A stretch of 64,000 nucleotides of DNA, taken from Thermodesulfobacteriota bacterium (GTDB taxonomy: Bacteria > Desulfobacterota > Desulfobacteria > Desulfobacterales > SURF-7). Where the stretch lies: contig JBMORA010000063.1 in the NCBI GenBank assembly GCA_049320885.1, positions 32,001 through 96,000 of the forward strand. The letters are read 5' to 3'. How positions within the stretch are numbered: the stretch's first letter is position 1; each line of letters opens with the position of its first letter. The position numbers and the translations under genes were made by a program. Shown piece by piece: positions 1-10,050 of the stretch. The notes beneath the pieces were generated by a model. It was not told the origin of the DNA. It made no database searches and saw only the letters and a program-made list of their open reading frames with translations.

Positions 1-1284
1 ATGGACGGTGGTAAAAACCAGATGTCCCGTGAGGGCCGACTGCAGGGCGATCTGGGCGGTTTCAGCATCCCGGATTTCACCCACCAGCATCTTATCAGGA
101 TCATGGCGCAGGATGGAACGTAATCCCCGGGCAAACGTCAAACCGGTTTTTTCATTGACCTGAATCTGGGTAATCCCCTTCAGCTGATATTCCACCGGGT
201 CCTCAATCGTTATGATCTTCACATCCTTGCTGTTCACCTCCGAAAGGGCGCGGTACAAGGTAGTCGTCTTGCCGCTGCCGGTGGGGCCGGTCATGAGAAA
301 CATGCCATACGGGGCACGGATCATCCGCCGGATCCGGCCCAGTTCCCTTTCCGGCAATCCCACACTGTCCAGCCTGAAATCCCCGGCATCCGAAGCCATG
401 ACTTCCCGATCCAATATGCGAATCACCGCATCCTCGCCATGGACTGTCGGAAGGATCGATACGCGGAAATCGATATTGCGATCCCGGACCTTCAATTTGA
501 ACCGGCCGTCCTGGGGCACCCGTTTCTCGGAAATATCCAGTTCGGACATGACTTTTATCCGGGAGATGATGTGGCTCAAATGCTGTATATCGATGGGATC
601 GGTGGCCTGGTGAAGCATACCGTCTATCCGATAGCGGATGATCACGCCGTTCTCGGATGTTTCAATATGAATATCGCTGGCCTGTTTATTGATGGCGTCC
701 AGGATGGTGGAATCCACCAGGCGAACGATGGGGCTTTCCTCAGCGGATACTTTTTCAGCACTCAGGATGTTTTCGCCCCGGTCCGTTTCCCGGATGATGG
801 AAAGGCGCATATCATCCGAAACACTGTCGAGTACGCTCTGGGAAGCCTCGATCTTTTTCAGCAGTTCCCCGACCCGTTTCTCGCTTGCGACCACCACCGA
901 TATTTTCATATCGGTCAGCATTTCAAGCTCACTAATCACCTTGAAACAATAGGTCGGCTCCGCTGCCGCAATCACCAGTTCGTTTCCTTTTTTTTCATAG
1001 GGTACAAACAGGTAACGCGTCATGTACGGCAATGGCACTATATTCAACAATTCCGGATCATCTATCCCTTTCAGCTCGATATATTTGAATGAATATTGGG
1101 CCGCCATGATCTGGGCCAGTTGCTCATGGTCGATAAAACCTTCTTCAACACAGAGATGTCCCAGCATCTGTTTCGTAATCGTTTTTTTGGACATGACGAA
1201 TTCGAGTTGCTCGGCGGTCATGAACCCGAGCTTGACCGCCCAGTCGCCGAATTTCATCTTTTTAAACACATTGACAACCGTCAT
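1..1284 (-). CDS. GspE/PulE/PilB family secretion/pilus assembly ATPase (3' end runs off the window)
   Basis: Not in the ORF track. Manual minus-strand translation gives FLMTGPTGSGKTTTLY (Walker A), ARGLRSILRHDPDKMLVGEIRD and ALQSALTGHLVFTTVH. ATG at 1284 lies just downstream of the GspF-like gene. Confidence 0.92.
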   Translation of the reverse strand, partial: MTVVNVFKKMKFGDWAVKLGFMTAEQLEFVMSKKTITKQMLGHLCVEEGFIDHEQLAQIMAAQYSFKYIELKGIDDPELLNIVPLPYMTRYLFVPYEKKGNELVIAAAEPTYCFKVISELEMLTDMKISVVVASEKRVGELLKKIEASQSVLDSVSDDMRLSIIRETDRGENILSAEKVSAEESPIVRLVDSTILDAINKQASDIHIETSENGVIIRYRIDGMLHQATDPIDIQHLSHIISRIKVMSELDISEKRVPQDGRFKLKVRDRNIDFRVSILPTVHGEDAVIRILDREVMASDAGDFRLDSVGLPERELGRIRRMIRAPYGMFLMTGPTGSGKTTTLYRALSEVNSKDVKIITIEDPVEYQLKGITQIQVNEKTGLTFARGLRSILRHDPDKMLVGEIRDAETAQIALQSALTGHLVFTTVH

Positions 1285-1303
1285 CCGGCACCAGCCCACA
1301 TGT

Positions 1304-2512
1304 CTATATGGTTCCGGCCATTTGAAAGATCGGCAGGTAAAGCGCCAAAACAATCAGGCCGATAACAAGTCCCATGAACACCATCAGCATCGGTTCTATG
1401 GCGGATGTCAGCACCGCCAATTTTGCGTCAACATCGCCGTCATAAAAATCGGCCACATCGCTTAATATCTGTGGAAGCGCTCCGCCGGTTTCTCCGGCTC
1501 CGATCATCCTGACCGCCAATTTCGGGAAGGTATCAATCCGTCGCAACGATTCGGAAAAGCCCCCCCCTTCGGCGATCTGCTTGACGACTTCTGCCAGTTG
1601 CGAGGTAATGGCCTGGTTACGAATGGTCCCGCTGGCGATCTGAACCGCATCCAGTAAGGGAATTCCCGCGCTTAAAAGCGTGGAAAGCGTCCGACAGAAC
1701 ATGGAAGTGATATAATTCCGATACAAGGTTCCCAGGAAACCCATTCTCAATTTTAATTGATCGAAAAACAATCCGCCGGAAACCGTTCGGCGGGCGCACA
1801 CGCCGGCCAGCCAGAGACAACCCGCAACTGCGATCATGGCAACAAAGTGATCGCGAAAAAAGGTGCTGACGGCGATTAACAGGTTGGTCATTTCAGGCAG
1901 TTTGTTACCGGATTCCAAAAAGGTCCCCGCAATGGTCGGAACCACATAGATCATCAGGAAAAACAAAACCGAAATGGATACAACCATCAGAATGATCGGA
2001 TAAATCGCGGCGGCAATCACCTTGCGCTTCAATTCCGCGCTCTTTTTCATGTATGCCAGATAGCGCGCGATGGTCGTGGGGATATCGCCACTTTTCTCTC
2101 CGGCCTTGAGGGACATGATATACAATTTTGAAAACAAATGGGAAAATTTGTCAAAAGCGCCGGACAACGATTCACCAGCCGTTATATCCTGACGGATCTC
2201 CAGCAACAAGTTGCGCAGCTCACTCTCTTCATTTTTTTCGATGATCGCACCAAGAGCCGCCACCACCGAAAGCCCCGCTTTCAGCAACACACCGAATTCC
2301 TGGTTGAAGGAAAAAAATTCCTTGTGGGAGATCTGCTTCCCCAACCTCAGGCGTGAACCGAGAAGCCGATCTCCTCCGGCGCGGGAAATATCCAGAACAA
2401 AATTTCCTTCGCTTTCCAGTTTCCTCCTCAAGGAAACCATGGAATCGGCAATAACCGTCTTCTCCTTGACCTGGCCTCCTGGAATGGCTATTTTATATCG
2501 AAATGTCGACAT
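1304..2512 (-). CDS. Type II secretion system F family / PilC inner-membrane platform protein
   Basis: 402 aa with two T2SSF repeats (LLKAGLSV..AGEKSGD; LLSAGIPLL..AGETGGAL) and the C-terminal IEP..LYLPIF motif; adjacent to the PilB-like ATPase. Confidence 0.93.
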   Translation of the reverse strand: MSTFRYKIAIPGGQVKEKTVIADSMVSLRRKLESEGNFVLDISRAGGDRLLGSRLRLGKQISHKEFFSFNQEFGVLLKAGLSVVAALGAIIEKNEESELRNLLLEIRQDITAGESLSGAFDKFSHLFSKLYIMSLKAGEKSGDIPTTIARYLAYMKKSAELKRKVIAAAIYPIILMVVSISVLFFLMIYVVPTIAGTFLESGNKLPEMTNLLIAVSTFFRDHFVAMIAVAGCLWLAGVCARRTVSGGLFFDQLKLRMGFLGTLYRNYITSMFCRTLSTLLSAGIPLLDAVQIASGTIRNQAITSQLAEVVKQIAEGGGFSESLRRIDTFPKLAVRMIGAGETGGALPQILSDVADFYDGDVDAKLAVLTSAIEPMLMVFMGLVIGLIVLALYLPIFQMAGTI

Positions 2513-2759
2513 GTTCGGATATCTTTTCCTAGCAATATCTGCGGAACATCACTGCCTCCGTCTTTATCCGCCCTGTACGGAAAAATAAGCCGGCCGGTCA
2601 TCAATCGTCCGGAGCAGCACATCCATTCGTCCGGCCGACCTTCGGACAACATTTCTACTATGACCAATTATAAAAACATTGTCAAGATATTATAATGAGT
2701 TAGATAGAAAGAAACATCCAGGAGGAGGTTTTTCCAATCGCCATACATATGGCGAGCAA

Positions 2760-3908
2760 TTACAGGCTGTCTAAAAATTCCAGATCTTTTGCCTGCGAAT
2801 TCTTGGTGCCTATTGACAATACTTCGATTTTATTATCTTTTATTTTTCTGAAATACAACCGCCCACGATAACCGAAAGTCACCTCCAAAACCGTTTCCCT
2901 GCTTTTCCTGTGGAAGACTTTCCGCTTGATATGAACTTTTGTGGCATCGTCGTTCAGCTGGTGGATGATTTCCTCGCTCTTGATCCGCATTTCATCGGAC
3001 AAGTCGATATACCCCTCCACGGCCCGCTTGTGCATGACCGTGTTCTTATATATCGCCCTGAACCTTTTGTGGGCCATATCAACCCCCTTGATCATCTGCT
3101 TGGGGTCGCGCTGGCTGCCTTTCTCCAGTTCCTTGATAATTTCTTTCAGCGTTTCGATTTCTTCATTCTGTTCTTCCTGAAGCAAAATGTTTTTTTCGAT
3201 CCGGGCTTCGAAATTGACGATTTCGTCGATCAGCTGATCCTCATTTTTCATGGCCCGCATTTTTTCGTTCTCCAGTTCGTTCTTCAGCTGTTCACATTTC
3301 AGCTGTAACTCCTCGCGGGTCCTTGAAAGGGTATCCAGTCTGTCCGTGTAGATCGTCTTGAGGTTCGCCAGTCGCTCGATTTCCCGGTTCGCCTCTTCCT
3401 CGCTCCTTTTGATTTTGCGGATGCCGGACCGATAGTATACAGAGATATACGCCAGCGCCATCAAGATATAAGCGACCAGAATCAGATTCGATAGAAAGGT
3501 GTTGTGGCCGATCTCGATATCAACGCTTACAAGCAGCCCCTCGTTCATGATCGCGAAATTTTCCGCCGCCACGGTCATGGGGTCGGACATGGCCATATTT
3601 TCCTGGGACATTTCAAAGAGCGCCGGATATAAAACAGTACCTTTCTTTGTCGCCACACTGATGGTCGACTTCACCCCCCAGGAGATCATCCGGCTGCTGT
3701 TCAGGAAATTGTGAATGTTCCTGGCGATGGCCGCGCGGATATGGATATTCCCGTTCAGCAGCTCACGAGTGTCGCCGATATAACATTTTTCGATGTCATT
3801 GGTGAAAACCGTTTTTGTGCGCCCTTCGATGATCAGCAGGGTGACGATATACAGAACGGGCGGCAGCAATATGCAGAGCGCCAGTATTTTTAAGGAAAAG
3901 AACTTCAT
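2760..3908 (-). CDS. Membrane protein: two TM segments, long coiled coil, C-terminal RelE/ParE-like domain
   Basis: Hydrophobic segments near aa 6-27 and 138-158, then an E/K/L-rich heptad region. C-terminus VLEVTFGYRGRLYFRKIKDNKIEVLSIGTKNSQAKDL resembles RelE/HigB toxins. Confidence 0.7.
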   Translation of the reverse strand: MKFFSLKILALCILLPPVLYIVTLLIIEGRTKTVFTNDIEKCYIGDTRELLNGNIHIRAAIARNIHNFLNSSRMISWGVKSTISVATKKGTVLYPALFEMSQENMAMSDPMTVAAENFAIMNEGLLVSVDIEIGHNTFLSNLILVAYILMALAYISVYYRSGIRKIKRSEEEANREIERLANLKTIYTDRLDTLSRTREELQLKCEQLKNELENEKMRAMKNEDQLIDEIVNFEARIEKNILLQEEQNEEIETLKEIIKELEKGSQRDPKQMIKGVDMAHKRFRAIYKNTVMHKRAVEGYIDLSDEMRIKSEEIIHQLNDDATKVHIKRKVFHRKSRETVLEVTFGYRGRLYFRKIKDNKIEVLSIGTKNSQAKDLEFLDSL

Positions 3909-3947
3909 CGATTCTCAGGACCTACTTTTTCCGCAAACGCAGCCGGA

Positions 3948-6233
3948 TCACATCTCCGCCAACAGCCTTTTCGCATCGTCAGCCTGATCGAAATTCGGAT
4001 CCAATTCAAGAGCTTCCATCAGCTCTTTTTTTGCAAGGCCGACTTCTCCCTTGGCATGATACGCCAACCCCAAGTGATACCGGATGATGGGGTTCTTAGG
4101 TAGTTTTTCAATACTGCCCGCCAATTCTCTGATGGCGCTGTCGAACAACCCCTTTTTATAATAAACCAGGCCGAGCGTATCCATTACGCCCGGATCGTCC
4201 GGCAACTTTTCCCTGGCCATCTGAGCGTACCCCAGGGCGATATCCAGCTCCTTTCCTTGTGTAGCCAGCAGATATGCCAGGTTGTTGGCCGCCGGCGCAA
4301 AATCAGGCCTGATCCGGATGGCTTCGCGATAATGTTTTTCCGATTCGGCGGTCTTTTTCTGCATATCATATATGGTTCCGAGCAGCATATGAATCCCGAC
4401 CTGATCCGGTTTTTTCTCCAACGCAGCCTGGTATTGGGCAACGGCCTTGTCGACCTCCTTTTCCTGCAGGTATATGCGGGCCAACGAGAAATAGGATTGC
4501 AGATAGTCCGGATTCTTCTGTAATGAATCCTGGAAAGACTTCTCCGCATTGGGACGGTCTTTTTTGGCCCAATACAGCTCTCCCTTCAAATTCAAAACCA
4601 AGGATTGGAGCACCGGTGACTCCCCCACGACTTCCAGTTGTTTCTCACATCGATCCAAAGCCTGGTCATATTTCTTCTGGGAAGCGAGGGACAATACAAG
4701 TTGGGTGAATACATCCATCAGTTTCGGATTGATGGAAAGCGCTTTTTCGAAAGCATCCATCGCCTCCGTGTATTTCTGCTGCAATCGGTAGACAACCCCC
4801 AACCGATAGTATCCGGAAGGATTCCGGGGGTCCATCCGGGTCAGGGATTCAAAAGACGTCTTTGCTTTTTCCAGGTCGCCCTGGTCGAAGTGGATACGAC
4901 CGCCGAGCAACGCCGCCTGATAGTTGTCCGGATGTTTTTCCAAAACCGCCTGGAGCTCTTGCTGGGCATGTTTGAAATCCCTTTTCGCCAGGTAGGTTTC
5001 TGCAAGCAGTACTTTGGATTTGATGAAGCGTGGATTCAATTGCACCGCCTTGTTCAGCGCTTCCTGGGCGAGCCCGATATCCCCTTTGCCGAAATAGGCC
5101 ACCCCCATGAAATACCGGGCAAGAAATGAATCGGGGTCTTCCTTGATGATCTCCTCATAACCGGCAATGGCTTTATCAAATTCCCGACGGATGACGGCGA
5201 TTTCAGCCTGCAGCATCCTCGCCGGCAGGTATTTCGGCCTTTTCCCAAGCATTTCCTTGACCAGGGATTCCGACTGCTCAATTTCCAGATTGTCCATATG
5301 ATACCGGGCAACGGCTTCCAGAATACGGATATTGTCCGGCTCGATCGAAACAGCCTGTTTGTACATTTTCTCCGCTTCGTCGTTGCGTCCGATGGAGTGA
5401 TAAAATGCGGCCGCTATCATATAAGGCCTGACGCCTTCCTGGTTCCTGGCGATGGCGTTTTGAAATGCCTCCTCGGCTTTCTGGTTTTCAAACCTTGCCG
5501 CATAAAAGTTACCCAGTATCAGATACAAATCCTGGTCTTCCGGATTTTTTTCGATCGTCTTCAGCAGGCTCGTTTCCGCCGCCGCGAAGTCTTTTTTCTC
5601 CATGTATAAGCTGAAAAGCGCCATCTGGAGATTCAATTCTTCCGGATTTTTCTCAATCGCCTGTCTAATAAGAGCTTCCGCCTCCTCAAATTTATCTTCC
5701 ATCATGTTCAAACGTGACAGTCCCAATATGGCATTGATCTGACCGGGGTCAATGGACAGAACCTCCTGATAAGTTCTTTTTGCGGCCTCTTTGTCCCCTT
5801 CATGGGTCGACAAACCGGCTTTCAGCAACAGGGCTTTTGTATTTTTCGGCTCTTTCTGCAGAATAAATTCAATTTTTTCCTTTGCTTCCTCCGGCTTTTT
5901 TCCCAGTACCAGAAAAGTGGCGATTTTGCTCTGCGCGTCGAGATGATCCGGCTTGAGTTTGATAACCGATCCGAATGCGCTATACGCGCCCTGGGGGTCA
6001 CTCAACTTCAGACAGGTCTCACCCAGATACCAATATGCATCGGCGAATTTCGGATCGATCTGGATCGCATTTTTAAATTCCAGCTTGGCACTCTTGTACT
6101 CTCCTTTATCAAAATAGGTCTTGCCTCGTTCATAATGAGCAATTTTCTTTTTCTCATCGGATGTACATGCCGTGATGAAAAGAACGAGGCCGATCACTGC
6201 GACAACATATGGAATCCAACGTTTCATTCCCAT
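3948..6233 (-). CDS. Tetratricopeptide-repeat lipoprotein (PrsT-like, exopolysaccharide/PEP-CTERM-associated)
   Basis: Lipobox-like LFITA-C, continuous TPR repeats, C-terminal AANNLAYLLA..DTLGLVYY..IRYHLGLAY. Confidence 0.85.
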   Translation of the reverse strand: MGMKRWIPYVVAVIGLVLFITACTSDEKKKIAHYERGKTYFDKGEYKSAKLEFKNAIQIDPKFADAYWYLGETCLKLSDPQGAYSAFGSVIKLKPDHLDAQSKIATFLVLGKKPEEAKEKIEFILQKEPKNTKALLLKAGLSTHEGDKEAAKRTYQEVLSIDPGQINAILGLSRLNMMEDKFEEAEALIRQAIEKNPEELNLQMALFSLYMEKKDFAAAETSLLKTIEKNPEDQDLYLILGNFYAARFENQKAEEAFQNAIARNQEGVRPYMIAAAFYHSIGRNDEAEKMYKQAVSIEPDNIRILEAVARYHMDNLEIEQSESLVKEMLGKRPKYLPARMLQAEIAVIRREFDKAIAGYEEIIKEDPDSFLARYFMGVAYFGKGDIGLAQEALNKAVQLNPRFIKSKVLLAETYLAKRDFKHAQQELQAVLEKHPDNYQAALLGGRIHFDQGDLEKAKTSFESLTRMDPRNPSGYYRLGVVYRLQQKYTEAMDAFEKALSINPKLMDVFTQLVLSLASQKKYDQALDRCEKQLEVVGESPVLQSLVLNLKGELYWAKKDRPNAEKSFQDSLQKNPDYLQSYFSLARIYLQEKEVDKAVAQYQAALEKKPDQVGIHMLLGTIYDMQKKTAESEKHYREAIRIRPDFAPAANNLAYLLATQGKELDIALGYAQMAREKLPDDPGVMDTLGLVYYKKGLFDSAIRELAGSIEKLPKNPIIRYHLGLAYHAKGEVGLAKKELMEALELDPNFDQADDAKRLLAEM

Positions 6234-6329
6234 TCCTCCAGGTTAAAAATCATCCGCTTTGGATAACATTTTTTATATCATAACAGGATGTAGGAAATTG
6301 CCCGGCAATCCCGGATGATGGCTCAACAT

Positions 6330-7307
6330 TCATTTCCGGTATTGATCATTGGATAATATCTGTTTGCTGAAATACGCGATGGTTTTTTTCAATCCTTCCT
6401 CAAGTGACACAACCGGTCTCCAATTCAACACCGTCATTGCCTTGGTAATATCCGGCCGTCTTTTGACCGGGTCGTTCTCCGGCAGGGCCTTGAAAACGAT
6501 GCTGGATTTCGATCCTGTCAGCCGCAAAATCATTTCCGCTGCTTCCAGAATCGAAAATTCCGTCGGATTCCCCAAATTGATCGGACCGATAATATCATCA
6601 GGAGTGTCCATCATACGGATCATGCCCTCGATCAACTCATCCACATAGCAGAAGGAGCGCGTCTGGCTGCCATCCCCGTATATGGTGATATCCTCACCGG
6701 TTAACGCCTGAATAACAAAATTGCTGATAACCCGTCCGTCGTCCGGGTGCATTCTGGGCCCATAGGTGTTGAAAATACGAATCACCTTGATCCGGATATT
6801 GTGTTGACGGTGATAATCGAAAAACAGCGTTTCCGCGCAACGTTTTCCTTCATCGTAGCAAGCCCGGGGTCCAATGGGGTTGGTGTTTCCCCAATAGCCT
6901 TCCGGTTGGGGATGCACCGTGGGATCACCGTATACCTCACTGGTGGACGCCTGCAATATCTTGGCTTTGATCCGCTTGGCAAGGCCCAGGATATTGATGG
7001 CCCCGTGAACGCTGGTCTTGATCGTCTGCACCGGATCGAACTGATAATGAACCGGTGACGCCGGGCACGCCAGGTTATAGATTTCATCAACCTCACAATA
7101 GAGGGGGAAGGTGACGTCATGCCGCTGCAACTCGAAATACGGATTTGGCAGCAAATGGGCAATATTCGATTTGCGGCTGGTGAAAAAATTGTCGACGCAG
7201 ATGACTTCGTTTCCATCTGTTATCAACCGTTCACACAAGTGGGAACCCAAGAAACCGGCACCTCCGGTAACAAGTACGCGTCTTTTGTCAAATTTGGTCC
7301 GCCTCAT
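6330..7307 (-). CDS. UDP-glucuronic acid decarboxylase (UDP-xylose synthase) family SDR
   Basis: [35 protein letters not shown] and [10 protein letters not shown] motifs. Confidence 0.93.
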   Translation of the reverse strand: MRRTKFDKRRVLVTGGAGFLGSHLCERLITDGNEVICVDNFFTSRKSNIAHLLPNPYFELQRHDVTFPLYCEVDEIYNLACPASPVHYQFDPVQTIKTSVHGAINILGLAKRIKAKILQASTSEVYGDPTVHPQPEGYWGNTNPIGPRACYDEGKRCAETLFFDYHRQHNIRIKVIRIFNTYGPRMHPDDGRVISNFVIQALTGEDITIYGDGSQTRSFCYVDELIEGMIRMMDTPDDIIGPINLGNPTEFSILEAAEMILRLTGSKSSIVFKALPENDPVKRRPDITKAMTVLNWRPVVSLEEGLKKTIAYFSKQILSNDQYRK

Positions 7308-7393
7308 AAAGTCCTATTTCCTCGCCGTTGGTATGGTGAAATCATGAAAAAGCAGATGCCGAACCATATCGTAAGGATTGAAAACAAACAATC

Positions 7394-7436
7394 AAAAAAA
7401 GACCCCGTTATCCGGTTCAGGATAACGGGGTCTTTT
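7394..7436 (-). terminator. Rho-independent terminator downstream of the FN3/Ig-repeat gene
   Basis: Perfect stem AAAAGACCCCGTTATCC / GGATAACGGGGTCTTTT with a 6-nt loop and a T7 run on the minus strand. Confidence 0.85.
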
Positions 7437-7538
7437 GCCGCAGGGCAGGAGGTTGCATCCATTCGACGGGCGGCTACGATTCCAGACTCATCCGGCAGTA
7501 TCGTTGAAACATCTTGATCGGGCAGTCCCTGTTTTCGT

Positions 7539-9839
7539 TTACCACTTGACGACGGAGATCAGGTCTTCCACCGAGTTCCCGGCTGCATCCGTTGCCGTGA
7601 TCGTAATGTTGTTCCAGCCTTTCACAAGATTGATTTTCGCAATGGACCAGCTCGTGGTTCCCGATGCTGTTCCGCTGCCCCCCTTGGAGTTCACCCAGGT
7701 TACCTTAACAACCCCGACATTGTCGCTGGCCGTTCCGGATATGGCCACCGTCGCGCTTCTCGTGGTGTAGTATGAGCCGGTGGTCGGCAACTCGTGTCTA
7801 ATCACGGGAGGAGTTGTATCCGGTATTTTATAGGTGACGGTTTTGGTCGCTTTTCCGATATTTCCCGCCTTGTCCTTCGCGAAGACAGTGATCAGATTGT
7901 CGCCATCATACAAGGTGATGTTGCTGACGCCCCAATTCGACGTACCGGTGATGCTTCCGCTTCCTCCGCGGGAATTGGACCACCATACGGTCACAACACC
8001 GACATTGTCACTCGCCGTGCCACTGAGATTGACCGTTGCAGCGGTCGTGACATAGGGATTCCCGCTGGGTGTGGCGATCGTAACGCCAGGAACCGTGGTA
8101 TCCGGTTTGGTGTAGGTGACAACCAGATTCCGCATAGCGCTGTTGCCGGCCGCATCCAGCGCCGTAACCGAAACCGTGTTGGAACCCTCCAGCAGACCGA
8201 TTCCGGTCGCGGACCAACTCTGGGTCCCGGTCGCAGTGCCGCTGCCTCCGCTTGTAGTGGACCAGCGGACCTGCGTCACGCCCACGTTATCCGAAGCACT
8301 GCCGGATATGGCCAGGGTGGCCTGCTGCGTCTGATAGGTGCCGGTGTCGGTCGGCGACAGGATCGCAAGAACGGGGTCAATGGTATCCGGCGGGGTATAA
8401 GTTACCGTCAAAACGGATTGTCCCTGGTTACCCGCGGCATCCAGCGCCGTGACCGTGATTTTGTTCGTGCCCTCCGCGAGTGCGACCCCGGAGACGGACC
8501 AGGTGTTGGTGCCGCTGGCCGTATCGCTGCCCCCGCGATCATTGGTCCATTTCACCTGAGTGACCGCCTTGTTGTCGGATGCGGTGCCGGAAAGATTCAC
8601 GGTGGCGTTGGCGGTCTGGTATTGCCCGCTGCTCGACGGCGCGCCGATGGATACCACCGGAGCGGACACATCGGGAATGACGTAGGTCATGGTAATGGTT
8701 TTTGCACTGGCATTGCCGGCAGCGTCAGTGGCGGTAATTGTGATGACCGTGTCCCCCTCCGTCAGAGATAGATTGGAGATGGCCCAGGCGGTTGTGCCGC
8801 TTGCCGTGCCGCTGCCGTTCCGGTTATCCCGCCAGGTCACCTGGGTAACGCCGATATTGTCGGAAGCGGTCCCGGAGATGGATACGGAATTCGTCGTCGT
8901 TGTATAGGCGCCGCTGCTGGTGGGCGCCACTATCGCCAGGCTGGGACTCGTGGTGTCCGCTACCACGGACTTTCCGTAGGAAACGGTCAGGATTTTTCTC
9001 CCATAGTTGCCGGCGGCATCCTTCGCTGCTATGGTGAACACATTATCCCCGGCAAGCAGGGGGGCGTTCGATATTGACCAACTGCTTGTTCCAGTGGCCT
9101 TGCCATATCCCCCCAGGGAGTTTTTCCAGTAAACCGCCGTCACGCCGACATTGTCGCTGGCCGTGCCCGACAGGTTGACTGTCTGGCTTGTGGCGGTGTA
9201 GACATCGCTGCTGGTGGGTCTGGTGATCGCCACCACCGGCTCCGTTGCGTCCGCGGTCGACGTGATGGTCGACGTCACTTCCGTCGAATAGATGCTTTCA
9301 TTTCCAGCCGTGTCGACGGCCGTCACCGCGAAATAATATTTGGTGCCGCTTTGCAGGTTGGCGACGGTGTATGAGGTCGCTTTACCGGCCGGAATATAGG
9401 GTTGGTATTGTCCCGAGGAGGTGCCGTAATACACCCGGTATTCCCGCAGATCGCTTTCCGTGTTGGCGCTCCATTGGAGCGTCGCGGTCCCGGCCTGGCA
9501 GGATACGCCGCCGGGAGGCAGGGGAGCTGTGGAATCGGCTACGGTATAGATCACTTCATTTGAATTCGGGCCTTCACCGGCTGCATTATACGCCCGTACA
9601 ACAAAATAGTAGGTGCTTCCTTCCGTCAGGGATAAATTGGAAAGCGCATACTGCGTCACGTTGCCGACTTCCCGATTCGAAGCGTATGACCCGGATGTGG
9701 TGCCGTAATAGACCCGATACCCGGTTACTTCCCCTGTACATGCCCCCCATGAAAGGATTGCATCCGCGCAGGCGATGCTCTGTAACAGATATAAAAAAAT
9801 GAACACGCCCAGGCCGGTTACGATAGTTTTCCGTGCCAT
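7539..9839 (-). CDS. Secreted protein with 2 fibronectin type III domains and 6 tandem Ig-like repeats
   Basis: ATG 9839 (MARKTIV) follows a GGGAGGGG RBS; signal peptide present. Two YRVYYGT..YYF.V.A FN3 units, then six ~93-aa repeats SGTASDN.GV..V.W...GG.G.A.GT..W...DAAGN. Confidence 0.88.
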   Translation of the reverse strand: MARKTIVTGLGVFIFLYLLQSIACADAILSWGACTGEVTGYRVYYGTTSGSYASNREVGNVTQYALSNLSLTEGSTYYFVVRAYNAAGEGPNSNEVIYTVADSTAPLPPGGVSCQAGTATLQWSANTESDLREYRVYYGTSSGQYQPYIPAGKATSYTVANLQSGTKYYFAVTAVDTAGNESIYSTEVTSTITSTADATEPVVAITRPTSSDVYTATSQTVNLSGTASDNVGVTAVYWKNSLGGYGKATGTSSWSISNAPLLAGDNVFTIAAKDAAGNYGRKILTVSYGKSVVADTTSPSLAIVAPTSSGAYTTTTNSVSISGTASDNIGVTQVTWRDNRNGSGTASGTTAWAISNLSLTEGDTVITITATDAAGNASAKTITMTYVIPDVSAPVVSIGAPSSSGQYQTANATVNLSGTASDNKAVTQVKWTNDRGGSDTASGTNTWSVSGVALAEGTNKITVTALDAAGNQGQSVLTVTYTPPDTIDPVLAILSPTDTGTYQTQQATLAISGSASDNVGVTQVRWSTTSGGSGTATGTQSWSATGIGLLEGSNTVSVTALDAAGNSAMRNLVVTYTKPDTTVPGVTIATPSGNPYVTTAATVNLSGTASDNVGVVTVWWSNSRGGSGSITGTSNWGVSNITLYDGDNLITVFAKDKAGNIGKATKTVTYKIPDTTPPVIRHELPTTGSYYTTRSATVAISGTASDNVGVVKVTWVNSKGGSGTASGTTSWSIAKINLVKGWNNITITATDAAGNSVEDLISVVKW

Positions 9840-10034
9840 GTTGCCCCTCCCTCTGTTGGTATGGATGTTTTGCTGATATAGATATTTCATGATCGTATAG
9901 TAAGAATTTCTTTTCATAATTCCCAAAGTTTCGAAAGTTTCCCGTTGCCGGCTTCCGGTTACCGATTTTTCTCCTTCGCATTCGGTCCGGCTCTTGCCAA
10001 CCAAGCAGTGTGCCGGTATTCGACGATACAATGC

Positions 10035-10050
10035 AGCAAATTGCATGCCA
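10035..10050 (-). promoter_or_regulatory. Sigma-54 (RpoN) -24/-12 promoter
   Basis: Minus strand TGGCATGCAATTTGCT matches TGGCA-N-TTGC with exact GG-N10-GC spacing, about 200 bp upstream of the FN3/Ig gene. An IHF-like AATAAATCACTTA lies at ~10125-10137. Confidence 0.75.

Noticed and set aside
212..1465. Plus-strand ORFs of 133, 217 and 147 aa
   Set aside because: Antisense shadows of the minus-strand PilB/GspE and PilC genes.
9840..10046. N-terminal extension of the 835-aa ORF
   Set aside because: Overlaps the sigma-54 promoter; the RBS and signal peptide point to ATG 9839.
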